DNA of 61,295 bases from a virus, in IMG/VR virus record IMGVR_UViG_3300027719_000006, one strand, 5' to 3'. This document shows positions 27,384 through 36,248 of this stretch, one piece after another (positions within the stretch are counted from its first letter, which is position 1; each line of letters begins with the position of its first letter). The notes beneath the pieces are model-generated. The model was not told the origin of the DNA. It saw only the letters and a list, made by a program, of their open reading frames with translations, and made no database searches. A program made the translations under genes and the position numbers.

Positions 27384-28880
27384 CTAAGCTTCAGGATTGA
27401 AAATGTCTGTTTCACTTTGCATGCTATTTTCTTCTTTGATTTTTTCTACCTCTGCCATAATATCTTCGATTGACCAATTTGGATGTTGCATCTTAACTTT
27501 TATTTCTGTGCTTATTGCCCTTGCCTGATCTAAGCTCTTTATAGTTTCACTCATCTCAGAATTATCTATAATTATGGAATCTTCTAGTTCAACATTAAAT
27601 TCATTGGGGTTATAATAATTATTATATAAAATATCTAATTGTTGAGCTTGTTTTAATATACTTTCTATACCTTGTATCCAGTATCTTTCCTTTTTCCCTC
27701 GAGTAGAAAAACTTTTCTTTTCTCTCACCCTCAAAGCAGTTCCAGACTCAGCCATGCCACCAATGTCTAATCCAAATGTCTGTGTAGAATATCCACACAT
27801 ATTTACAATATTCTTAAAAAGAGTTTCGCATGATTTAATATGTTCATCTACTCTCATTTCAAATTGAACGACTTTTATTGGTTCTAGTGATTCGCCGCCC
27901 ATTCTCCAGCTGCTTAAATTTAGTTTAAGAAATGTCTTTTGAAATTTACTAAACTTATTTAATACAGTTTTCTCGCTGCCATAAATTGTTGTATCTTCCC
28001 TTTGTAACAAGTCTTCATCAATAAATATTTGTCCCATGCCTAACTCAATATCCCTTATTAAACTTGTCCATGCTAAGTCAAGGCTATCTAGCAATGGTAT
28101 ACATCCAGAATAATCATTAATTCCCAAGGATGAACCTGGGAAAATTTTATTAGGTCTCATGTTTGGAATATATGTACATCCTAATCCATCTATAGCCCAT
28201 GCTACATCAACTAAATTTAGGTTCATTGTTTCTTCCAATGATTCCAATGGCATCACATGACCAACTTTGTCAATTGTTCCTTTGTATAATCTGTATTCAA
28301 TTAAAGTTGTACTTTTTTCAATTTTCCTATTCTCAAATAGCCTATAAAATACACCTGAACTATAGTCTTCTTTCACTGTTCTCCAGAATAAAACTTCTAC
28401 AAGTCTACCTCTATGAAATGTCGGGAATGCATTTTCTGGAATTACACATGATATTATAGGAAGCTTAGAAATGCTCGTGTCTATGTCTAATTTTAGAAAT
28501 ACACCTGTTAAAGCGGCGGCAATTTCGGCAGCTTCTAACAGTATATTGTTGAATCCATTTTCTTTTATAATGTCTTTCATTCTTTGACCTGATACTGATT
28601 TTTCGTCATAAGCATATCTTGGAGACTCAGAAAATAACAAGTTTGCGCTTGTAGCTGCAATATCTCCAGCCGCTGGCATGTTTACAGCGTTTGCCCTTTC
28701 TTCTGCGTCTATTCTTGCCCAAAATATTTTGTTTTCAAATTGAGAATTAGCAATCTTTGTTGTATAGTATTTTAACAATTCCTCGGAGCTTCCAGAGTAC
28801 CATGCCCCATATTCACTATATTTGTCATACCAAAACGACCATTCTAAAGGTGGAAAGTGAGTTCCTTCTTTTATAAACAT
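27384..28880 (-). CDS. portal protein (SPP1 gp6-like), 498 aa
   Basis: Size and position between terL and the MuF-like gene. RBS gaggtg. Confidence 0.8.
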   Translation of the reverse strand: MFIKEGTHFPPLEWSFWYDKYSEYGAWYSGSSEELLKYYTTKIANSQFENKIFWARIDAEERANAVNMPAAGDIAATSANLLFSESPRYAYDEKSVSGQRMKDIIKENGFNNILLEAAEIAAALTGVFLKLDIDTSISKLPIISCVIPENAFPTFHRGRLVEVLFWRTVKEDYSSGVFYRLFENRKIEKSTTLIEYRLYKGTIDKVGHVMPLESLEETMNLNLVDVAWAIDGLGCTYIPNMRPNKIFPGSSLGINDYSGCIPLLDSLDLAWTSLIRDIELGMGQIFIDEDLLQREDTTIYGSEKTVLNKFSKFQKTFLKLNLSSWRMGGESLEPIKVVQFEMRVDEHIKSCETLFKNIVNMCGYSTQTFGLDIGGMAESGTALRVREKKSFSTRGKKERYWIQGIESILKQAQQLDILYNNYYNPNEFNVELEDSIIIDNSEMSETIKSLDQARAISTEIKVKMQHPNWSIEDIMAEVEKIKEENSMQSETDIFNPEA

Positions 28881-28883
28881 TTG

Positions 28884-29177
28884 TTACACCTCGCTAAGAT
28901 ATTTTATAAGTTCTGTATTATCTTTTATTACTGCAAATAACGCTGTTTCTAATACACATATTTTATTATGTTCAAATTCAAAGTTATATTCAAAATTTAA
29001 AGCCTCTATTATTTCATGAAGCAATGTTTTCTTTTTTACATCTTCTTTTAAATCCTTATCTACATTTATTGTTAAATTGTTACCACAGCAATTCCCTAGA
29101 CTTCCATGGTCTCTTGTTAAGTTTTCAGTTTCTTTAATCTCATATTTCATGCCTGCTATTTTTACATTATCAATCAT
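28884..29177 (-). CDS. hypothetical protein (97 aa) with an HEIIE motif
   Basis: ORF track. Lies between terL and the portal gene. LLHEIIEAL is only metallopeptidase-like (HExxE, not HExxH). Confidence 0.55.
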   Translation of the reverse strand: MIDNVKIAGMKYEIKETENLTRDHGSLGNCCGNNLTINVDKDLKEDVKKKTLLHEIIEALNFEYNFEFEHNKICVLETALFAVIKDNTELIKYLSEV

Positions 29178-29193
29178 ATGTTTAAATTCCTTT

Positions 29194-29288
29194 CCAATTA
29201 AATAAAATCTGTTGTGTTTCAGATTATTGTATACTATTTCAAATAAAGATTCTCTATAATTTTAATAATTATATTTTACTTTAATTGG
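29194..29288. repeat. dispersed motif CCAATTAAA-TAAAATCTGTTGTGTTT (29194..29219) plus an inverted partial copy ATTTTACTTTAATTGG (29273..29288)
   Basis: Read directly. The same motif occurs at 31164, 40045, 42123 and 51804 (see findings). The two arms here could form a long hairpin in the terL to gp97 intergenic RNA. Confidence 0.7.
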
Positions 29289-30647
29289 CTAACCTAATAT
29301 TTTATATCTAGATGCAGCCCATGCTATTAATGCATCTGGGTAATGGTCATCTTCTTTTGCTATCTGTTCAGTTTGCGTATTACTATAATGATATTTCTTT
29401 AATTTATCCTGACAAGTTTTATCTTTTATGTTTATCAAGTCTTTTTCTAGTAAAAATCTAATTACATTTATTCCAAACTCTTTCCATTGTCCGAATACAA
29501 CAGGTACAACAGTAGTTGAGCATCTTCTCTTCTTCATTATTTTCCTTAATGTTATATGCCCATCTTTTGGATTACTGTCGCAGTACAATGTTGTGATTCT
29601 TTTATCTATGCATATTTTTATTATTTCTTCACATCTTTCTGTAAGCTCCCAGTACTCCCAGCTTTTAGATTCAGGTATATTTATATATTCTTTCAAATCT
29701 TCTATGATATGCAATACTGTGCAAGTATGTCCCCAGTCAACACCTGCTTCAAGGTCATTTTTCTTTTCATATGTAATGTTGAATCCTCGTTGCCATGCTC
29801 TATCAACTGATTCAAAATCAAATATTGTATCGCCAACTTTAGGACGCTTTAAAAGATATTCAGAATCCCACATTTCTTTAGTAATCTGTTTTCTTTTTCT
29901 TTCTATTTCTTCAATTGTCCAGAATCCACGAGGTTCGGTTACTTCATGAATACACCATGGATATAATACAGCTCCTGTTTTATCTCTTGTATCTATAATA
30001 TCTGTCATTAGCCCGAATGCATGATGTAATGTTGAGCTTACAATTATGTTGTCCTTTATACCTCTGTTTGCTTTAGGTTGACCAAATGCAGCATCATAAA
30101 TAACTTTTGCCATCTCGTCGACTTCATCTAATCTCAATTTTTGTGGATGTGGACCTCTTACAGATTTAGGTGATGCCGCCAATGCTTCAATCCAACTGCC
30201 ATTATGTAATTTGTATCCTCTTCCTCCTATTTCACTGTTGACTAATAAATGTCTAGGCATGCCAGGTAAATCCCATAATATTTTTAAATATGATACAGCT
30301 TTCATTGACTGTTCTAAGCTTCCTCCGAGTATTGTTATTCCACATCCATGCTTAAACACAGATTCCAGAAATCCCAAAATTGATAAGTCAAAAGTTTTAC
30401 CACTTCCTCTCATTGCATACCATATACTAAAATCATCTATTTCTGCATATGCTGCCCATAGTGCATCTAGTGGTGACTTATGATTATTTTTTACGCAGTA
30501 TTCTTCATCTGAGGCAGGTGATGGAAATCTACTTCCTAACACAGTTGCACAATATACAGCTAAATGTTCTTTTGTCTTTGGTGCAATACATTCAAAGTTA
30601 GATCCGACATCCCGAACATTCATAATAATTTTATTATCATATATCAT
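29289..30647 (-). CDS. terL: terminase large subunit (452 aa)
   Basis: Walker A-like MRGSGKTFD and Walker B-like KLRLDEVDE, followed by a C-terminal nuclease-like region. ATGA overlap with terS. Confidence 0.85.
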   Translation of the reverse strand: MIYDNKIIMNVRDVGSNFECIAPKTKEHLAVYCATVLGSRFPSPASDEEYCVKNNHKSPLDALWAAYAEIDDFSIWYAMRGSGKTFDLSILGFLESVFKHGCGITILGGSLEQSMKAVSYLKILWDLPGMPRHLLVNSEIGGRGYKLHNGSWIEALAASPKSVRGPHPQKLRLDEVDEMAKVIYDAAFGQPKANRGIKDNIIVSSTLHHAFGLMTDIIDTRDKTGAVLYPWCIHEVTEPRGFWTIEEIERKRKQITKEMWDSEYLLKRPKVGDTIFDFESVDRAWQRGFNITYEKKNDLEAGVDWGHTCTVLHIIEDLKEYINIPESKSWEYWELTERCEEIIKICIDKRITTLYCDSNPKDGHITLRKIMKKRRCSTTVVPVVFGQWKEFGINVIRFLLEKDLINIKDKTCQDKLKKYHYSNTQTEQIAKEDDHYPDALIAWAASRYKILG

Positions 30648-31153
30648 TTTGGCTTATTGTCCTTTTGCTTTTGTGATTTCTTATCTTTAGCCTCTGGAAC
30701 TGGATACAACAATTCAAATGCTCTTTTTATTCTGTCATCACTAAACTCAATTTTAAGTGTGTTTTCTTTCTGAGAATTTTCGTCCTTATCATTTCTCTTC
30801 CATTTTTCAGGTAGCATGTTACACAAGGTAAATATTATAGCTGTATCACTTGGAGGTATATGTTTTGTTATTTTCTCTGTTCTCGTATCCTTGCCTGTAA
30901 CAGTTTTTGTTTCTGTAACCTCATATCCCATGCATTTTTTATATAATGAAGATTCTATATGTTCAGCTAAATTTTGCTTGCCTTTTACTATTGCGTCTTC
31001 TAATGCAGGGTATTTCTTTTTAAATGCATACCATGTGGTTTCACCTATTCCAAGTTTTTTATATATAGTTGCTTGTGTTTCGCCTATTCTTATCCATTCT
31101 TTTATGTCTTCTAAATATGGCTTAACATACTTTACATAGTTCTTTTCTGACAT
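30644..31153 (-). CDS. terS: terminase small subunit (169 aa)
   Basis: Immediately upstream of terL and overlapping it. N-terminal HTH-like region (GETQATIYKKLGIGETTWYAFKKKYPALEDAI). RBS ggagga. Confidence 0.65.
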   Translation of the reverse strand: MSEKNYVKYVKPYLEDIKEWIRIGETQATIYKKLGIGETTWYAFKKKYPALEDAIVKGKQNLAEHIESSLYKKCMGYEVTETKTVTGKDTRTEKITKHIPPSDTAIIFTLCNMLPEKWKRNDKDENSQKENTLKIEFSDDRIKRAFELLYPVPEAKDKKSQKQKDNKPK

Positions 31154-31163
31154 TCTAAATCCT

Positions 31164-31187
31164 CCAATTAAAGTAAAATCTGTTGTT
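31164..31187. repeat. dispersed motif copy CCAATTAAAGTAAAATCTGTTGTT in the terS leader
   Basis: Read directly. On the minus strand it reads AACAACAGATTTTACTTTAATTGG, followed by AGGA (RBS) and the terS ATG. Confidence 0.7.
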
Positions 31188-31232
31188 TATATTTCTATGA
31201 TATCTACTATATCAAGTTTTTACAAACAAAAC

Positions 31233-31264
31233 AAAAAAGACTTCTAAAGTTGAAGTCTTTTTTG
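31233..31264. terminator. rho-independent terminator separating the early region from the late (terS) operon
   Basis: Stem aaagacttc (31236..31244) / gaagtcttt (31252..31260), flanked by an A-run and a T-run. Confidence 0.8.
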
Positions 31265-31279
31265 TTAATTATATTTTAT

Positions 31280-31603
31280 TTAGTTAGGTTGACCATTTTT
31301 AAGTGAATCCACTATTGAGTCTATTATTTTCCATTTGATTATTTCTGACAAAAATATTTCTACTTCATTCTTGATACTTTTTCCCATTATATTTTTCAAA
31401 GACATTGCTATCAATATGTCTTGCAATTTTGATGTAAAAACATTTTCATCATAGTTCATTACAAAAAGAGTTAATTCATATAATTCCTTGCTAATCTTTT
31501 CTTCATCTTCTATATTTTCTTTTATAATTAGCAATCTCTTTTCTAATTCAATATGGATTTCTCTTAGCTGTTCCTTTGTTCCATCTTTCAATTCATCACT
31601 CAT
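31280..31603 (-). CDS. hypothetical early protein (107 aa)
   Basis: ORF track. RBS agagga. Confidence 0.6.
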   Translation of the reverse strand: MSDELKDGTKEQLREIHIELEKRLLIIKENIEDEEKISKELYELTLFVMNYDENVFTSKLQDILIAMSLKNIMGKSIKNEVEIFLSEIIKWKIIDSIVDSLKNGQPN

Positions 31604-32099
31604 AATAATTTCCTCTTTTTCTCATAATTTTACTTTCATTTTCATATTCTTCATCATCAAATACCATTGAGAAATTATATTTAACTTTCATATATCTTGT
31701 TTGTAAGTCAATAGTATATTCAACGACATCATCTTTAAAATAAAATTCATATTTATTTACTTTGAATTCCTTATTACTATTTCCAACAAATGAATTCTCC
31801 TTTAAATTTGTAGCTACTTTTTCCATCTCAGACACAAATGCTGTTAATATATCTAAATAATTTACACATTCTATGAATATATTAAACTCATCACTATATC
31901 CAAGTGCTAATTCTTTTATATTTTCTTTTATTTTTGTACTATCTAAATAAAATAATTTCACAAGTTTATTATCATCTGTTTTTAAATTTTTAACATTATT
32001 TGATTCATCATTGGCATATAATGAATCAAATAAGTTTTTATCTATGCTATTATCTGAAGTATTGTTTAATTTATTTTTTATATAATCTAATATTTTCAT
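31596..32099 (-). CDS. hypothetical early protein (167 aa)
   Basis: ATG 32099 forms an ATGA overlap with the upstream stop and lies 9 nt from gaagga. The tracked ATG 32108 abuts the RBS. Confidence 0.6.
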   Translation of the reverse strand: MKILDYIKNKLNNTSDNSIDKNLFDSLYANDESNNVKNLKTDDNKLVKLFYLDSTKIKENIKELALGYSDEFNIFIECVNYLDILTAFVSEMEKVATNLKENSFVGNSNKEFKVNKYEFYFKDDVVEYTIDLQTRYMKVKYNFSMVFDDEEYENESKIMRKRGNYYE

Positions 32100-32470
32100 G
32101 TGTTCCATTCCTTCATTTTATTTCTAAATAAATCTACATAAAACTTAACTTTATTCATTTTAAATTCAGTCATGCCAACTACATTTTCAACTGCAATCAA
32201 CAATAATATTTCTTTCAGTTGTTTTGTAATATTTAATATAATTTCATCATGTATATTCGTTTCAAAATCTACAAGCCAACTATAAGTTTTTTCTATTTCT
32301 TTATCTATTACATTGTCTGTTATATTAACGTTGTTACTACCGTTGTTTAGATTATTTTCAATCAAGGTAAAACTTTCATCTAATTTTACCTTGATTTCCT
32401 TTAACAGGATTTTTCTTTCTTCTACCTTCATCATATTGTCTTTTATATTGTCATCCTTTATATATCCCAT
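32096..32470 (-). CDS. hypothetical early protein (124 aa)
   Basis: ORF track. Co-oriented and tightly packed with neighbours. Confidence 0.6.
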   Translation of the reverse strand: MGYIKDDNIKDNMMKVEERKILLKEIKVKLDESFTLIENNLNNGSNNVNITDNVIDKEIEKTYSWLVDFETNIHDEIILNITKQLKEILLLIAVENVVGMTEFKMNKVKFYVDLFRNKMKEWNT

Positions 32471-32499
32471 TTTTCGTTATTCCTTTCTTGATTAACGTT

Positions 32500-32715
32500 T
32501 TACAAGTTTATTTCTTCTTTTATTTCTACTCCATTAATTTCAAGTATCTTAGCCGTTCCATCTTTTGATATTTTTATTTTTACAGAAATTTCATATCCAA
32601 GATACGAAAGCATTTCAGTCACATCTTTTGGAGAACGTTTGTATACTTTTTTAAATCTTTCTATGATTTCCCAATTATCTTCTTTGTTTCTGCTAAAATA
32701 AATTTCTTCTATCAT
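32500..32715 (-). CDS. hypothetical early protein (71 aa)
   Basis: ORF track. ATGA overlap with the upstream gene. Confidence 0.55.
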   Translation of the reverse strand: MIEEIYFSRNKEDNWEIIERFKKVYKRSPKDVTEMLSYLGYEISVKIKISKDGTAKILEINGVEIKEEINL

Positions 32716-32906
32716 TTTTCATTCCCCCATATAAATTCCAAATCTTTGGCTCGTGTCGCTGCACTAATTACATCATTTCCATATCTTACGAATACATAAT
32801 ATTCGTTTGTGCTTGTAATAACGCCTTCTTCTTTTTGATTACTTTCTTCAAATGGTGTGTATATTACTTTTCTTCCGATTCCATCTTTCGCCTCTTCTAA
32901 TTTCAT
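32712..32906 (-). CDS. hypothetical early protein (64 aa)
   Basis: ATG 32906 lies 5 nt after ggtga. The tracked start is a GTG within the RBS. Confidence 0.55.
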   Translation of the reverse strand: MKLEEAKDGIGRKVIYTPFEESNQKEEGVITSTNEYYVFVRYGNDVISAATRAKDLEFIWGNEK

Positions 32907-32930
32907 TTTTATCACCTTTCTTGCTTCGCA

Positions 32931-33368
32931 TTATTCTTTTATTCCTAATACTAATCCCTGGAACTCATATTCAATATTATACAAATACATAGCATAGTTA
33001 CTTCGCATTATGTAATAAAAATTTGCTGTATCATTTATTTTAAACATGTAATTTAGTGCTTCGTTGTTCAATGTTATAATTTTATCTTTTGCATATTCAA
33101 ATTGTCTCCTTCCTTCATAGTCTCCACCATGTTTTATATAGTTGTCTTCTGTTATTTCATTTATATTTAAATCTTTATGCATAAACTTATCAAATCCATC
33201 TATTACAAGTTTATTTTTTGGAATAGTTAATCTTGGATTATTTATCTTTATAAATCCCGATAAATTAGTAAGCCACTTTCCATTTAACCATTCATGATAA
33301 CCCTTTCTTAATTCTTCCATTGCAGAATTTTCATAGCAACTCATGCAATATTTTTCCCATAATTTCAT
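32931..33368 (-). CDS. hypothetical early protein (145 aa)
   Basis: ORF track. Abuts the upstream stop. Confidence 0.6.
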   Translation of the reverse strand: MKLWEKYCMSCYENSAMEELRKGYHEWLNGKWLTNLSGFIKINNPRLTIPKNKLVIDGFDKFMHKDLNINEITEDNYIKHGGDYEGRRQFEYAKDKIITLNNEALNYMFKINDTANFYYIMRSNYAMYLYNIEYEFQGLVLGIKE

Positions 33369-33611
33369 CTACCTATCCTCCCAATATTTATCAATACTTT
33401 GTTCCCATAACATGCAGTCACTTGGTTTGCTATCTCCAACCTCGCAATGTCTGACTTCCATGTCGCTGCAAGTAATACAATATATTCTTCCTGTTGGATT
33501 CCATAAATTAAACCCTGGATTTTCTTTTTCTAATATTTCAAGGCACTCCTTGCAGTTTCTGCACTGCAAGGTTTCATATTTTGAATAATTAACTTTATTA
33601 GAACGGCTCAT
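33369..33611 (-). CDS. small Cys-rich (zinc-ribbon-like) protein (80 aa)
   Basis: Motifs CRNCKEC ... CITC ... HC, read from the ORF track. Confidence 0.55.
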   Translation of the reverse strand: MSRSNKVNYSKYETLQCRNCKECLEILEKENPGFNLWNPTGRIYCITCSDMEVRHCEVGDSKPSDCMLWEQSIDKYWEDR

Positions 33612-33826
33612 TCCTTCGCCTCCTTTACCAACTTGAACATATTCTCAAACTCTTCATCAAAAATATCTAGTATTAAAAAAATATTGTTAATATTCAATTT
33701 GCCATTTTGTATTTTTTGGTTAAGTGCCTGCGGTGATATATTCATTTTTTTAGCAAGTTCGGATATTTTACATCCTTTTTGCTTAAGCTTGTATCTGAAG
33801 TATTCTCCATCAAATATAGTTTCCAT
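33608..33826 (-). CDS. XRE-type HTH protein (72 aa)
   Basis: ISELAKKMNISPQALNQKIQNGK is a canonical HTH. RBS agagga. Confidence 0.65.
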   Translation of the reverse strand: METIFDGEYFRYKLKQKGCKISELAKKMNISPQALNQKIQNGKLNINNIFLILDIFDEEFENMFKLVKEAKE

Positions 33827-33848
33827 TGTTATTCCTCTTTTCTCGCCA

Positions 33849-34304
33849 TTAAAATGGCGATTCTTCGTTGATTAAATCTGACATATATTGTTCTTCTTCT
33901 AATGCTTTGTTATCTTGTAATTCTACCCATTCGGAAGATGAGTAATTTACTGGAGTTGATATTTGTGTTTCGTATGTGTCTTCTCGGTCTTCCATTCTGG
34001 TGAATTCTTCTGTGATAATGTTGATTAAATATTTTTCTACTTCAACTAAAAATTTTAAATCTCTAGTTGTTCTTTGAAAAAATGATTCAACATAACCTTT
34101 TTTAAAAGTTCTAAATATAAAAGCTGTACCTTTTTTCCCAAGTTGAGACCAGCTAAACATATTTTTTATTACTTCTTCATGTTGTAAATCAAATTCTATG
34201 TATTTCTCTAAGCATTCTTCTTTAAGTAATGATATTGCTGCTTTTTCTTCTTCAATTTTGTTAATATTTTCAATTACCTTTGTTGCCATTTCTAGTTTAG
34301 TCAT
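33849..34304 (-). CDS. hypothetical acidic protein (151 aa), first gene after promoter copy P4
   Basis: ORF track. Extended RBS aaggggaactaaaatt. Confidence 0.6.
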   Translation of the reverse strand: MTKLEMATKVIENINKIEEEKAAISLLKEECLEKYIEFDLQHEEVIKNMFSWSQLGKKGTAFIFRTFKKGYVESFFQRTTRDLKFLVEVEKYLINIITEEFTRMEDREDTYETQISTPVNYSSSEWVELQDNKALEEEQYMSDLINEESPF

Positions 34305-34358
34305 AATTTTAGTTCCCCTTAAAATTAATTAGTAAGCATGTTTAAGCTCCTAAAATAT

Positions 34359-34387
34359 ATTATATTATATAAAACGCTTTCTGTCAA
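34359..34387 (-). promoter_or_regulatory. sigma-A-type promoter, copy P4
   Basis: Minus strand reads TTGTTGACAgaaa, a 17-nt spacer, then TATAAT (-35 at 34387..34382, -10 at 34364..34359). Confidence 0.7.
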
Positions 34388-34426
34388 CAACTTAATTGAG
34401 ATAATGTTATTTATATTACTCCAATT

Positions 34427-34465
34427 AAAAGGAAATCCATATCTCAGCAACACGGATTTCCTTTT
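34427..34465. terminator. rho-independent terminator downstream of the exonuclease gene
   Basis: 12-bp stem aaaaggaaatcc (34427..34438) / ggatttcctttt (34454..34465). Confidence 0.7.
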
Positions 34466-34489
34466 AATTGATTGTATTTTAAATTTATT

Positions 34490-35014
34490 TTATTTAATCA
34501 TATGCTTACAACTATTGTGATGTATTAAAAAATATAAACTAGCTTTTGCATCATCTAATGGATTATGTTGTCTAAGTTTTTCCTTTTGTTCATTTTCAAA
34601 AAAATCATTTCTTGAAATATTTATATTAGATGGATTGCAGCAATCCATTAATGGAAATGGCATATCCAAACATCTTGATTCATTGTCTGATACAATAGCA
34701 GATAAGAAGTTTGTCTCCACTGGATAGTTGCAGTCAGAGTATATCAAGCACACTTCTTTATTTCTCATATAAAACTCATAAAATTTTGTTCTAAGTTCTT
34801 TAGTCGAACTAACTTTTGGCATATCTTTAAGATGTTGTAAAACATTTTTCCTTACCCAGTTATCTGTAATTTCTATGTCTACCATTAGTTCAAATCTTTC
34901 TATAATTGTACAAGCTCCAACAAAATCAACATTTGCAACTACTGCACCGACTGCAAATCCTTCGCCATATAATCCATCTGATTCAACGTCAAACATAAAT
35001 ATATTTTTACCCAT
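34490..35014 (-). CDS. DEDDh 3'-5' exonuclease (DnaQ-like), 174 aa
   Basis: Exo I motif FMFDVESDGL and Exo III motif HNPLDDAKA. RBS aggag. Confidence 0.75.
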   Translation of the reverse strand: MGKNIFMFDVESDGLYGEGFAVGAVVANVDFVGACTIIERFELMVDIEITDNWVRKNVLQHLKDMPKVSSTKELRTKFYEFYMRNKEVCLIYSDCNYPVETNFLSAIVSDNESRCLDMPFPLMDCCNPSNINISRNDFFENEQKEKLRQHNPLDDAKASLYFLIHHNSCKHMIK

Positions 35015-35068
35015 AATGCACTCCTGTCTCAGAAGCGGTTTATAGATTACCGCAAACTTATTTTAATT

Positions 35069-35431
35069 TTAATTATTACAATTTTTAATCCTTTTAGCTT
35101 TTTCGCCATAAATCATGTTGTGTCCTTTGCTGTATAACCACCTTATTATTTTTGGAGACAATATATCTCCGTTTAATCCATGATGCTTTATCAAATTTAT
35201 GTTGTCTTGGCTAACTTCTTTGTAATTGTCATAATGTTCCAAAAACCAAATCAAGTGATTAGCCGCTCTTCCTGCTCCAGATGATGGATTGTCTCCGTAT
35301 CCATAGCTAATATGAAATACTAAATCTCTTTTGTCTATCTTAGCTTCTGGAGTTTTCTGTGTTAGATTTCTGAGATTTATTGCAGTTACTCCAGTTAGTT
35401 CACTTTTTTCTAACCATTTCATTTTAGTCAT
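35069..35431 (-). CDS. hypothetical protein (120 aa)
   Basis: ATG 35431 is preceded by ggaggg. The tracked start 35461 would overlap the upstream gene. Confidence 0.55.
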   Translation of the reverse strand: MTKMKWLEKSELTGVTAINLRNLTQKTPEAKIDKRDLVFHISYGYGDNPSSGAGRAANHLIWFLEHYDNYKEVSQDNINLIKHHGLNGDILSPKIIRWLYSKGHNMIYGEKAKRIKNCNN

Positions 35432-35448
35432 TTTGTTCCCTCCTAAAT

Positions 35449-35637
35449 TTATTTCCAACATGCTTGTATTTTATACATTCTTTCTTTGCTTTCTACATCT
35501 TCCACAATTTTAATTTCGTCAAACTCAAGTTCTGACTCGTCTATCTTCTCGATTTTTTTTAACATATCTTTCGTTCCTGATGTTCTTTCCATGTGTACCT
35601 GCATTCCTTCATTCAACCATATTATTTTTCTAAACAT
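35449..35637 (-). CDS. hypothetical protein (62 aa), first gene after promoter copy P2
   Basis: ORF track. Extended RBS gggggaactaaa. Confidence 0.55.
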   Translation of the reverse strand: MFRKIIWLNEGMQVHMERTSGTKDMLKKIEKIDESELEFDEIKIVEDVESKERMYKIQACWK

Positions 35638-35696
35638 TTTAGTTCCCCCATATAAATTTAGTAGGTTAAGTTTTGTTTATCTTAACCTCTAAATAT

Positions 35697-35725
35697 AGTA
35701 TATATATTAAATTAGTTTCTGTCAA
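35697..35725 (-). promoter_or_regulatory. sigma-A-type promoter, copy P2
   Basis: Minus strand reads TTGTTGACAgaaa, a 17-nt spacer, then TATACT (-35 at 35725..35720, -10 at 35702..35697). The leader hairpin aggttaag/cttaacct lies at 35663..35688. Confidence 0.7.
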
Positions 35726-35740
35726 CAAGTATTTTAATAT

Positions 35741-36238
35741 TTATTCACTCATCTCACAGTCAGTTACAAATACGTCAAATATGCTGATTCCATCAATTTT
35801 ACCTTTTATTACAACCTTATCTCCAATGTTGTAATCTTCTAGCCCTTTGCGACTTTTCATTGAACAAGATATCGCATTATAGTTGTATCCTTTTAGCCTT
35901 ATTAATACTGTGTCAACTAAGAAATCAGATTCAGTTATAGAATCAATTTCGCCTTTAATTTCAACATTTTTATCTTTGTACAAGTTGTTTGCTTTAATTT
36001 CGTTTTTCTGATATTCCTTGCTTAATTCAACAGCTGTAAGTTTTAATACTTTTATTGTCGGCTTCGGTGTCTTAGTTGGCTTTGCAGTAGCAGTTGAATT
36101 TGTTATCAATGTATTTTTTTGTGGTTCTATGTTTGCTTCTGTGTCTTCTGAAAATAAGTTTATTATAAATCCGACTCCACAGCATCCAAATATTATTACA
36201 ACTGTTATTATTAAGATTATTATTACTTTTTTATTCAT
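35741..36238 (-). CDS. membrane-anchored or lipoprotein with a tRNA_anti-like OB fold (165 aa); superinfection-exclusion candidate
   Basis: Signal or anchor segment VIIILIITVVIIFGCCG with a lipobox-like IFGC. C-terminal ...NEIKANNLYKDKNVEIKGEI... resembles tRNA_anti-like OB domains. ATG 36238 lies 8 nt after gagga. Confidence 0.5.
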   Translation of the reverse strand: MNKKVIIILIITVVIIFGCCGVGFIINLFSEDTEANIEPQKNTLITNSTATAKPTKTPKPTIKVLKLTAVELSKEYQKNEIKANNLYKDKNVEIKGEIDSITESDFLVDTVLIRLKGYNYNAISCSMKSRKGLEDYNIGDKVVIKGKIDGISIFDVFVTDCEMSE

Positions 36239-36248
36239 CAAAATTTCC

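Noticed and set aside
28884-29177. HEIIE motif considered as a zinc-metallopeptidase active site
   Set aside because: The motif is HExxE rather than HExxH. No third ligand context can be recognised, so the gene is left as hypothetical.
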